From NCBI GenBank assembly GCA_964016885.1, contig OZ024752.1:38812001-38876000 (forward strand): 64,000 nucleotides of DNA, in the 5' to 3' direction. Below the pieces are notes generated by a model. The model saw only the letters and a program-made list of their open reading frames with translations. It was not told the origin of the DNA and did no database searches. Made by a program: the position numbers and the translations under genes. Positions 11,044 to 23,231 of the stretch are shown here, piece after piece. The first letter of the stretch is position 1, and each line of letters starts with the position of its first letter. The stretch is from Eledone cirrhosa. Its lineage: Eukaryota.

Positions 11044-12072
11044 TTAACCCTTTCATGACTGCATCTCTAATGAAATACACTCTTTCAATTAGTTAATGAA
11101 AACTGTTTTGAACGATTTACTAAAATTATTAATTATTTCATTACTAACATAATAACTTAATGTAAGGTTCTTATATAAAATTATGTTGGAAGATTTTAAT
11201 TTAAATTGGAAACCTTTAAAATGGGTCACTTTATTTCATAGAACCAGAGCTGGTTTGGGCTGGGTTGGTAACTAAAGGGTTGAGAAAGTTTTGTTTAAGC
11301 TAAAATAAAAAAGTTTTTTTTAAAATGCAACAGAGGTAATGAAAACTAATAATTTAGGTAATTTCATAAAATAAGTTTGAGCAATTAACAGTGCTAACAA
11401 TCAACGAATTAGTTTGTCAAAACTGATCAGAAAAGATAATTAATATTCATAAAACAGTTTACTTTTTCATAAATTTTGTGAAATTCGTTTATACGTAGTA
11501 TATAAAAGTCACTGAATACATTTCAGCAATTTCCGGCCATGTTGCACTCACTCAATGAAACAATAAGCTTGCAGTTTAACAACTGCATTTTAAAATACAA
11601 AGTGGGCACATTATAGTTAGTTAGTGAGTATTATGGCAGTGTTTTTTGGTAAAGATACCTCCATATTAAAAAATTAACAGAAATACGAGAACAAAATGGC
11701 TTGCATATCTAAAGTCAGAATTGACCAAAATAGTTGTATGGTTAGCAAAACCAAAAAGAATTAATTATCAATCTGTCAGTATTATGTAGTTAAAAGTTTA
11801 GTTATAATATATTTCATATTTCAGTAAATTATATTTAACCATTTAGTTACCAACCTGGTCAAAACTGGCTCTGATTCTATGAAATAAAGTGACCCATTTT
11901 GAAGATTTCCAATTTAAATTAAAATCTTCCAACATAATTTTATATAAGAACCTTACATTAAGTTACTATCTTAGTAATGGAATAATAAATAATTTTAGGA
12001 AATCCTTCGAAATCCTTCATTAATTAATTAAAATAGAGTACATTTCATTAGAAATATGGTCATGAAGGTTAA
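11044..12072. mobile_element. Inverted pair of piggyBac-type MITEs, family B (11044-11283 +, 11835-12072 -)
   Basis: TTAA-CCCTTT termini; the two ~240-bp copies are reverse complements. Confidence 0.8.
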
Positions 12073-12402
12073 ATTGGAAAATATTTTAATCATAAAAGAA
12101 CAACAACAAAACCCTGTGTTACCTTTTTCTAAAAACCCTTATTACTTTGTATTAAAGACTTGGTCATGTCTAGCATAACTTTTCATTAAACAGTGTTTTA
12201 ATGAAACAACTTTTCATAGAATCCTTTAAGAAAAATATTCTTTTGTAAAATATTTTTAACTATAAAACAATCAATAAAAAAATTCATTACAATGTGGTAA
12301 GTAAACAACTAAAGAAGGTTAAGTGGACCATGCTGTTAATTCAATATTTAATTGTCAAAAAAGTAAATTTCCAGATAAAAATTCAAGTTTTATTTTATGT
12401 TA

Positions 12403-12585
12403 AAAATTATTCTATATTTAAAATTGTTCTAAAGTTAAATTATTTTACAAAATATTTTCATAAAATTATTTTATATTTAAAATTGTTCTAAAGTTAAATT
12501 ATTTTACAAAATATTTTCATAAAATTATTTTATATTTAAAATTGTTCTAAAGTTAAAATTTTACGAAATATTTCTATAAAATGTA
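12403..12585. repeat. 59-bp AT-rich tandem repeat x3
   Basis: TATATTTAAAATTGTTCTAAAGTTAAATTATTTTACAAAATATTTTCAT repeated. Confidence 0.85.
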
Positions 12586-14097
12586 ATTTTGATTAAAAGT
12601 TGCTTCAATAAAAACATTATTCAGTGAAAAACTCACATCAGAAAATAAACTAAAGCATATTCTACAAACACAACAATATAAACTTTATATGATCCAATAG
12701 TAAAGGAGAATAAACAATTTACATCTAACAATATATATTTTATGTTGGTTTAACCATATTAATGTAAATTATATGTTTATGAAAATATTCTTATAAATAG
12801 GTTTAAAAACAAAACAAAAACAATCTTCTAATTTGATTTTAACAGTATAATAGATATTTCTAATCTAATAAGAAAATTATTATTTATTCATTTATCTTAA
12901 TTATTTGGTTAAACATACAGAAAAAGAATGCAGCATTGGAAAGGACTATAGATGCTGTAAATGAGAGGGAAAGAACAAGGAGTATTAGACAAAGGAAGAA
13001 AGGGAGAGAGTGACAGACTCTACACCTAGGTTAGAGCAGTGTTTTGGCTGCAACCTGTGGATAAAATAACAAAAGCATTTCTGCAGACAATGGCCAGTGA
13101 CACCTGCTGCAAGATCCACCCTAAAATAGAAATTGTATATTCCTGAAGATATTCTTATAAATAGAGGTTTAAAAACAAATATAACAGTATAATAGATTAA
13201 ACCCAATTTATTAGAGTAAATCATTTTTTAAATGATTTCTATAATTCTGGTAAAGGATGACATTTATGCTTGTAGTAGCTGCTGGAAATACATGATTTGC
13301 TACAGAAATTCTGTTTTAGGAATGAAGGCTTGTGTAAATTGTTTTGTGTCAATACTAAGAAAGAAATATAAATGTTTTAAGTAAATCCAAAAGATTCAGA
13401 GAAGTAAAAATATAAATAACAGAAGAGATAAGAAAATAAGCTTAAATAAAAGAAAGGTTTTTTTTTTACAAATGAAATGAAATTATTATTTTATTTCTGT
13501 AAATGATCTAAGGTAACGATAATTGAAAGAGATGCCACTCTCCCTGATATAAGAAAACTCATAATAGTGAGGAAAAAAGGGGATTTATGACTTTTAAGAG
13601 TTTATGGAAATAAGTATTATTTTCTATAATTTTGACGTTATGAAGATTTTAGGAAAAAAATCCTAGAGAATTTATCTTCGAGAGTGCATATCATTTTTAA
13701 AGTATCCTTTTCTTTTTTCTTTTGAGAAAAAGATTGTGAAAAGAAGTGACAAAGTTGATAGTTTATGGAAAGAGAAAAGAGAAGTGTAAAAATTTAACAC
13801 GAGTTTGGAAATCCAAAATTAGTCAGAGAGAACATGTGGATATCATCAACACATGTAATGAAAAGAAATCAGAAGTATATCATCTAAAACATAAACTGAG
13901 AATCTTTCAAATGTTTTACTAATACTATGAGTAAACATTTTACTTTCACTAAATTGGTATGTTACTTTGCTTAGAATATAATAGTTGTTAAAGACATGAA
14001 TTTATTTAAGATAATTAAAACAATATTGCTTGGTAATTATCTTGATGACTATGTAATTGTGGAGAAAAGGCAATAATTGAGAGGCTCAAAGATTTAT

Positions 14098-14255
14098 ATA
14101 TGCCTTGAGTAATATACCACAATTGGGAAGCTCAAGATACTAGATGCCTTGAGCCTCATGCCACAATTGGGAAGCTCAAAGTACTAGATGCCTTGAGTCT
14201 CATGCCACAATTGGGAAGCGCAAAGTATTATATGCTTTGAGTAACACACCACACA
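14098..14255. repeat. ~43-bp tandem repeat x3.5
   Basis: ATGCCTTGAG...CCACAATTGGGAAGCTCAA repeated. Confidence 0.8.
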
Positions 14256-14839
14256 ACTTATTGTCTTCAAAATCTGAAACAGAGTCCCCCTTGAGAAAGA
14301 AAGGAAGAATTTCAAAAGTTCAAAGTAAAGATATGCAGTGAGTATGTAGTTGTTAGAGCACTGTAAATCCTCACCCCCACTAAGCACTATTAAAGTTGAA
14401 TGGTTAATTTTTAGGGCATGCAACTATAAAAACATTACACCCTGTATGACATGACTAAAATAAGTAGAAAATCCAACACTTAACAGCAGAGAAAAACATA
14501 TATAAAGCATTAAAATATATACCCAGGGGTAATTTTCTTCAAGCTGGAATGGGTAATGATAATGACTGAAATTTCGATTAGGGGTACAGTGTTTGAAAAC
14601 AATAGCTTGGACAATATAACTTATGTATTTATTTGTTGGTAGTCAGAGAAAGATGCCTTTCTTTCCTATAATATTGTAGCTAAGTGGAATGTAATTAAAA
14701 GAATATGAGTTTCTAGTAACAAAAACCATCCATGACACTACCTTGTAAAACAACACAAACTTAGGTAAAAATAAAACAAAACCAACTTCTGTGGATCTTG
14801 CACAACAGTCTTCTACCTTTAAAATACTATGTTAAGAGA

Positions 14840-15597
14840 TTAATCCTTTGTTACTGTATTTATAATTAATTAATGCAGAATTCTTAAGGATTTACTCAAA
14901 TGATTTATTATTTTGTTCCTAATATAATAACTTAAAATATGGTTCTTGTTGGAAGATGTAAATTTACATAGGAATTGTTTGAAATGGGTGGTTTTCTTAT
15001 ATAGAACCAAGGTCGGTATCAAAAGGGTTACATCCCACTTCAGCTATTGCTGGTACTCGTTTTGAGCTGAGTAAACTGATACTCTTGTCTCTGCAACACT
15101 CCAAGAATTTAAGTTAAGCTATGGATCAACAACAGTGCTCAACCAGGCAACAACTGCATTTATTCGTATATCTGAAATCATAACATCTCCTTTGCTACTC
15201 AAAGCTCTTTTTGTTGCTAGTTGCTAGCAGGGAAAAGATAATAAACGATAATGTAATAGCACCCACCATTAACAAAATACATCACCTATTTAAAAAGTAA
15301 TTGTATTGGATAAAGAGAATGTATTTTGTTTGTTTTTTAACTATTTTCTTTAGTCATTCTTTAATCCTTATCTTAGCAATCCAGCCAAAACCAGCTCCGG
15401 TTCTATGAAATAAAGTCCCCCGTTTTAAAATGTTTCCAATTTATATTAAAATCTTCCGACATAATTTTATATAAGAACCTTACATTAAGTTACTATCTTA
15501 GCAATGAAATAATAATTTTAGTAAATCCCTAAAAATTCTTCATTAATTAATTGAAATAAAGTGTATTTCATTAGAAACATTGTCATGAAAGGGTTAA
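14840..15597. mobile_element. Second inverted pair of family-B MITEs (14840-15030 +, 15361-15597 -)
   Basis: Same internal sequence and ...AAAGGGTTAA termini as 11044-12072. Confidence 0.7.
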
Positions 15598-15936
15598 TGT
15601 AAAAATGTAAATAAACACATTAAAGACAAAAACCACAAGTTTTTAAAGTTAATATTTCCTCATAATAAAAAAGGTCAATTGAGGTTATAAACAGACAATT
15701 ATTCTGCACTAGTTGACAATAAGAAAATTCTAATTGTTATTTTGAAAGAAACACAAATGATTCAAAGCTTTTATTGTGAATTTAACAGACAGCTCAATTT
15801 AACTGAGAACTAGTTATTTGGGGAATCCCAGTACAATTACTGTTAGATATTTATGAGATCAAAGGCAGTTATCCCTGGTGCGATTAAAATTAAACTGAGA
15901 AGGATGTGGTAAGAAACTCTCGGGGGGGGGGGGGGG

Positions 15937-16180
15937 GACTAGACAGCAGGTCTTCAGAGGAGAACCCCCCCCCCACTTCAAGTAAGTGGTTTGTCCCTTA
16001 ACTTCTAACATACAGCAGAAGTTCTTCAGAAAATAACCCCACCACCTCAAGTAAGTGGTTCGTACCTTAACATCTGAAACACAGCAGAAGGTCTTCAGAG
16101 AAGAACCCCCTACCTCAAGCAAGTGGTTCATCCCTTAACTTCTAAAACATAGCAGAAGGTCTTCAGTGAAACCCCCCACT
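15937..16180. repeat. ~70-bp tandem repeat x3.5
   Basis: ACAGCAGAAGGTCTTCAGAG...CCCC..CTCAAGTAAGTGGTT...CCTTAACTTCTAA repeated. Confidence 0.8.
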
Positions 16181-17221
16181 CTCACTCCTGCTCAAGCATG
16201 CATTTCGACCCGATGTAATCAGTTAAATATAATATAAAGAATTTAATCAGCAGAAACTCTATTGCTAAAGAAGTTATATATTAAAAGGTTTTAAAAATGA
16301 ACTCTTTAAATAAATACTTGTAGTTTATGTAAACAAAGAAAATATCTACAAATTTAAAAGAATTCAGTGTAAGTCTCCATCTCGAACGAATAAATCAAAT
16401 TTAGTGCAATTTCTTACTTAAATAATTGTACCTATACCTGACTTTCGTTAAAGAGATGTGATGTGAAAAAAAACATTTTTAAGAACATTAAAGAAAAACG
16501 TTTTACTCTCATCCATAAGTTTTGATGATCAACAGACCTTTATTTTAAAAAAAGATTTGTAGCAAAAAAAATAATATAAAACTTTAATTTAAGATTGATT
16601 TCATCATTTTAATGAAATCCCATAAAGCCCCCAACTCTCCCTACATAAATAATTTCAAGTTTTATTTTTTTTTATTTTCTTCTGTAAAGAAAATTCTATG
16701 TGTAGAATTTTTAAATTTTCCCATTTCTTTCTTTCTCTCTCTCTCTACTTTTGTCTGCATGTTAATATATTTATATTTTTTATATTTCTAAATAAATTAA
16801 ATGAAAAAAAAAAAAATAATAAAAAAAGGGGGGAAAACGAAATATTAAAATTAAAATTAATACATCAAAGAAAAAAAATACAATTAAAGAACTAGAACCA
16901 ACATCTCAATCAAAGAAAGAAAGAAAGAAAAAGAAAACAAGAAATTAAAAAATGAAAAAGAAAATGAGAAAAAGTAATGTATTTCTTTTAATCAATCACA
17001 TTGAAAAGAAAACAGATCAAACACACTTTGCTACAGTTTTGTTTTTCTTCCTGGCAAGGGATGAAGGTTAATTTCATTCATTCTTGGATAGTGTTGGCTT
17101 TTCCTCCTCACTTTATTATTGTGTCACAGGGGAAGGGAACTCAGAAAGCCAAGGGCAAAACAGATCTAAGAACAAGTCAATAAACAATATCGGTAGTTAT
17201 TAATTATACATACATATACAC

Positions 17222-17262
17222 TATATATATATATATACATGTATGTGTATATATATATAGGC

Positions 17263-17317
<55 letters not shown>

Positions 17318-17390
17318 CGTGTATATATATATATATATATATAGGCGTGTATATATATATATAGGCGTATATGTATATATATATATAGGC

Positions 17391-17427
<37 letters not shown>

Positions 17428-17508
17428 CGTGTATATATATATATATATATATATAGGCGTGTATATATATATATATAGGCGTGTATGTATATATATATAT
17501 ATATAGGC

Positions 17509-17543
<35 letters not shown>

Positions 17544-17611
17544 CGTATATGTATATATATATATATATATATAGGCGTATATGTATATATATATATATAT
17601 ATATATAGGCG

Positions 17612-17646
<35 letters not shown>

Positions 17647-17679
17647 GCGTATATGTATATATATATATATATATAGGCG

Positions 17680-17717
<38 letters not shown>

Positions 17718-17829
17718 CGTATATGTATATATATATATATATATATAGGCGTATATGTATATATATATAGGCGTATATGTATATAGGCGTATATGTATAT
17801 ATATATAGGCGTATATATATATATAGGCG

Positions 17830-17899
<70 letters not shown>

Positions 17900-17901
17900 C
17901 G

Positions 17902-17943
<42 letters not shown>

Positions 17944-17945
17944 CG

Positions 17946-17977
<32 letters not shown>

Positions 17978-17981
17978 GGCG

Positions 17982-18019
<38 letters not shown>

Positions 18020-18067
18020 CGTATATGTATATATATATACACGGCCATATATATATATAGATAGGCA

Positions 18068-18111
<44 letters not shown>

Positions 18112-18506
18112 CGTATATGTATATATATATATAGGTGTATATGTATATATATAGGCGTGTATATATATAGGTGAATATATATATATGTATATAGCGTATA
18201 TATATGTATATATATATGTATATAGGCGTATATATATATGTATATAGGCGTATATATATATGTATATAGGCGTATATATATGTATATAGGCGTATATATA
18301 TATATATATATAGGCGTATATATATATAGGTGTATATGTATATATAGGTGTATATGTATATATATAGGCGTATATATATATATATATATATAGGTGAATA
18401 TGTATATATATAGGCGTATATATATATATATATATATATATATAGGTGAATATGTATATATATATATATATATATATAGGCGTATATATGTATATATATA
18501 TATATA
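17222..18506. repeat. Compound microsatellite: (TA)n tracts punctuated by GGCG
   Basis: Unit GGCGTATATG(TA)n or GGCGTG(TA)n, repeated dozens of times. Confidence 0.95.
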
Positions 18507-18975
18507 ATGCTGTGCTCCTCTCAGCAGCGGTCTCTGCATTCCAGCCACCATACTGAATGTCACATGAAGAGAAGACAAGTTTATTTCTATACAATTTCTC
18601 AATTCTTTCACTCATTTTCACACCACTTTAAAAAATAAAAGAGATATGCAAGTGTATGGGCTCAGCATATGTCTCCATACACAAACCAACATAATCATAC
18701 TCCGCATATATACATAAATACATACATACATAAAGACACACACACACATATATATATATACACACAAACACATATTTATATATACACACCAACACACACA
18801 CATATATATATATATATAATATATATTGAGTGTCTGCAGTATGGAGACTGGGAAGACCATAAATCATAGTAGTACTCAATACATGGTATGATGCAGATTG
18901 GCAGAGTGGGTATTTTAGTAAGTCAAAGGATCACCTGAACTTCCGGTTGATCCTTTACTTCACTTATATATACAT

Positions 18976-19012
<37 letters not shown>

Positions 19013-19202
19013 AAAAAAAGGAAAAGAATGACTTCACTTGTGTTAAAAAATTTTTGATTTAATTTTATATTATAATATTATGAGTTGGTAGATCCAATAT
19101 TATTATATTATAAAATTAAATAAAAATTTTTTTAACACAAGTGAAGTCATTCTTTTCCTTTTTTTTAAATATACCTAGCTGTTCCAAGGATCTCACACAT
19201 TT

Positions 19203-19206
<4 letters not shown>

Positions 19207-19241
<35 letters not shown>

Positions 19242-19582
19242 TACACACATATATATATATACACACACATATATATATATATATACACACACACATATAT
19301 ATACACACACATATATATATACACATATATATATATACACACACACATATATACACACATATATATATACACACACATATATATATATACACACACACAC
19401 ATATATATATATATATACACACATATATATATATATATACACACATATATATATATACACACATATATATATATACACACATATATATATATACACACAT
19501 ATATATATATACACACATATATATATATATATACACACACACACATATATATATATATACACATATATATATATATATACAC

Positions 19583-19638
<56 letters not shown>
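19207..19638. repeat. Compound (TA)n/(CA)n microsatellite ending in (TG)n
   Basis: Seen directly. Confidence 0.95.
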
Positions 19639-19644
<6 letters not shown>

Positions 19645-19862
19645 CGGGTGTAACCACAGTTAAAAAAAATACTCAACACATTAGTAGAGTGTAAGCATCA
19701 TTACTTAATATAGAAATGACTTCTACAGGACTACAACTGTTTCATTCATATGAAATCGATTCCATATGAATGACAGATTCATAGTCCATTAGAAGTAATT
19801 TCTATATTAAATAATAAGGTGTGTGTGTGTGTGAGTGTGAGTGTGTGTGTGTGAGTGTGTGA

Positions 19863-19947
<85 letters not shown>

Positions 19948-19959
19948 TATAGCCTGCGG

Positions 19960-20090
19960 CATATCACATGATCGGATTTTCATCTGAAGATACTGCTCCC
20001 ATACCAACAACAAATGCATACATTACATTGTTGATAGCATAAGGGAACCGTTGAAATATTTATAATGAATAAACGATTTATGTAATATCA
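19960..20090 (+). ncRNA. Minimal type I hammerhead motif, copy 1 of a tandem pair
   Basis: TTCAT-CTGAAGA(19984-90)-long imperfect stem II-GAAA(20053-56)-TATTT-ATA-ATGAA; distal stem I ATATCACATGATCG/CGATTTATGTAATAT. Confidence 0.55.
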
Positions 20091-20132
20091 CCATCTTTCA
20101 GAATCTTTTTCTTATATGTGTATATATATATA

Positions 20133-20210
<78 letters not shown>

Positions 20211-20222
20211 TATAGCCTGCGG

Positions 20223-20353
20223 CATATCACATGATCGGATTTTCATCTGAAGATACTGCTCCCATACCAACAACAAATGCATACATTACATTGTTGATAG
20301 CATAAGGGAACCGTTGAAATATTTATAATGAATAAACGATTTATGTAATATCA
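20223..20353 (+). ncRNA. Minimal type I hammerhead motif, copy 2 (263-nt period)
   Basis: Near-identical copy; CTGAAGA at 20247-20253. Confidence 0.55.
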
Positions 20354-20459
20354 GCATCTTTCAGAATCTTTTTCTTATATGTGTATATATATATATGTGT
20401 ATATATATATATATATCTATATATATATATATATATATATATCTATATATATCTAGAGC

Positions 20460-20727
20460 GGGTAAAATTCCCGAGATCCATGAATGAGTTCTCTCCAGCG
20501 GTCTCTGTCCCTCATCATTGCCGCCATGTCCTGCATCTCCCAGAGACTAGTGTCTGTCCTTAGGGCATCAATATATGTCAACCTGGGTCTCCCTTTTCCA
20601 GTGTGTCCATGTAGGGGGCTCCAACAGGACCACTGAGTGCAGTGTCAACTCTGAATTGCGGAGAGCATGTCCAGCTAACATCAGTCTCCTCTGTCTTACT
20701 TTTGAGCTGACTTTTGGGAGGCTCTGA
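20460..20727 (-). mobile_element. LINE ORF2 C-terminal fragment (RTE-like)
   Basis: [21 protein letters not shown]...VVL.EP, the RRL.AGH motif of RTE-like ORF2 ends. Confidence 0.65.
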
Positions 20728-20772
<45 letters not shown>

Positions 20773-20773
20773 C

Positions 20774-20805
<32 letters not shown>

Positions 20806-20807
20806 GA

Positions 20808-20858
<51 letters not shown>

Positions 20859-21114
20859 GTTACTAATACCATAACATTTCCTTCATCATTTAAATTGACA
20901 CCTGGCTATTTCTAAGAGTAAAACTTCCAATATTGTCACAGCAGTCTGTGTACTATGGTATCAGGGACACTATTACAAAATACATCAGGTGGGTGTATAT
21001 ATAAATGTGCATGTGTATAATACTATTTACAAACGTACACAAATCCACAAACAGAATGGATTAGTGTGGTGTATATACAGTAATCCTTTTTTTTTTAGAG
21101 CCAAAACATTGCTA

Positions 21115-21200
21115 TGTACATATACATACATAAATACATATAATATATATGTATACATATATATAATACATATGTATATACATACACATAAATATATACA

Positions 21201-21232
<32 letters not shown>

Positions 21233-21592
21233 AGAGAAAGAGACAAAAAGGGATAAGTAGATAGACATAGACACAAACATTATATATATATATATATACA
21301 CAAACACATACACATATATACACACAAACACATACACATATATATATACACAAACACACACATATATATATATATACACAAACACATATATACACACAAA
21401 CACATATATATATATACACACAAACACACTCACATATATATATACACAAACACACACATATATACACAAACACACATATATATATACACAAACACATATA
21501 TATATATATACACAAACACACATATATATATATACACAAACACACATATATATACACAAACACACATATATATATATATATACAAACACACA

Positions 21593-21638
<46 letters not shown>

Positions 21639-21945
21639 AACACACACATATATATATACAAACACATATATACACAAACACACAGACATATATATATATA
21701 CAAACACACACACATATATATACACAAACACACACATATATATACACAAACACACATATATATATATACACAAACACACACACATATATATATATATATA
21801 CACAAACACACACACATATATATATATATACACAAACACACACACACACATATATATATACAAACACACACATATATATATATATATACAAACACACATA
21901 TATATATACAAACACACACACATATATATACAAACACATATACAA

Positions 21946-21986
<41 letters not shown>

Positions 21987-22031
21987 GAGAGAGACAGATA
22001 TATATATAGGTATACATATATATAAATATGC

Positions 22032-22062
<31 letters not shown>

Positions 22063-22473
22063 GAGAGAGATATATATATATAGGTATACATATATATAAA
22101 TATATATATATATACATATATTTATATATATATATAAGTATACATATATATAAATATATATATATATAAATTTATATATATATATATATATAAATATGCA
22201 TGTGTATATATGTATATATATATAAATATGCATGTGTATATATGTATATATATATATATATATGCATGTGTATATATGTAATATATATATATATAAATAT
22301 GCATATGTGCATATAAGTATATATATATAAATATGCATGTGTATATAAGTATATATATATAAATATGCATATGTGTATATAAGTATGTATATATAAATAT
22401 AAATATGCATATGTGTATATAAGTATATATATATATATATATAAATATATATATATATATGCATATGTGTGTG

Positions 22474-22521
<48 letters not shown>

Positions 22522-22734
22522 TATGTGTGTGTATGTATATATATATATATATATGCATATGTGTATATATATATACAATGGCCCACACTGTCTGTTCCAG
22601 AGAGTCTAAGCATATATCTCTATGCACATGCGTGTGTGTGTGTGTATATATACACACATATATACATCATATAAGCATAGACATATATGTGCAAATGCAT
22701 ATATATTTACAAATCGACAAACACAAACATACAA

Positions 22735-22772
<38 letters not shown>

Positions 22773-22954
22773 TCACACACACATAAACATATATATACAC
22801 ACACACACACATATAAACATATATATATATATAGACACATACAGATATACATTAATATATACATATACATATACACACACGTGTATGTGTGTGTATGCAC
22901 ATACATATGTGGGTGGGTGTTTCTGTACTTGCGAGCACTCATATTTATACACAT

Positions 22955-22986
<32 letters not shown>

Positions 22987-23015
22987 TATATATACATACA
23001 TACACACACACACAC

Positions 23016-23055
<40 letters not shown>
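21115..23055. repeat. Long compound microsatellite field (TA/CA, CAAACACA and AAATATGCAT punctuation)
   Basis: Seen directly; source of many spurious Y/I/C/V-rich ORFs. Confidence 0.95.
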
Positions 23056-23057
<2 letters not shown>

Positions 23058-23231
23058 AAGAAAATATGGGAGATCATATTAGAATCTTCATTGATGTAGT
23101 TGTTTGTATGTGAATAGTGGGTTGGAACAATGGTAAACAGGCTTCTAGTACCATTGTTAGTCATTAGATTTTAGTTCACACCAGTTTATTAGGCAGCACC
23201 AGTTATTTCAACTGATAGCTCTAGATTACTG

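Noticed and set aside
17166-23164. Many long Y/I/C/V/H-rich ORFs (up to 481 aa)
   Set aside because: Stop-free translations of (TA)/(CA) microsatellites
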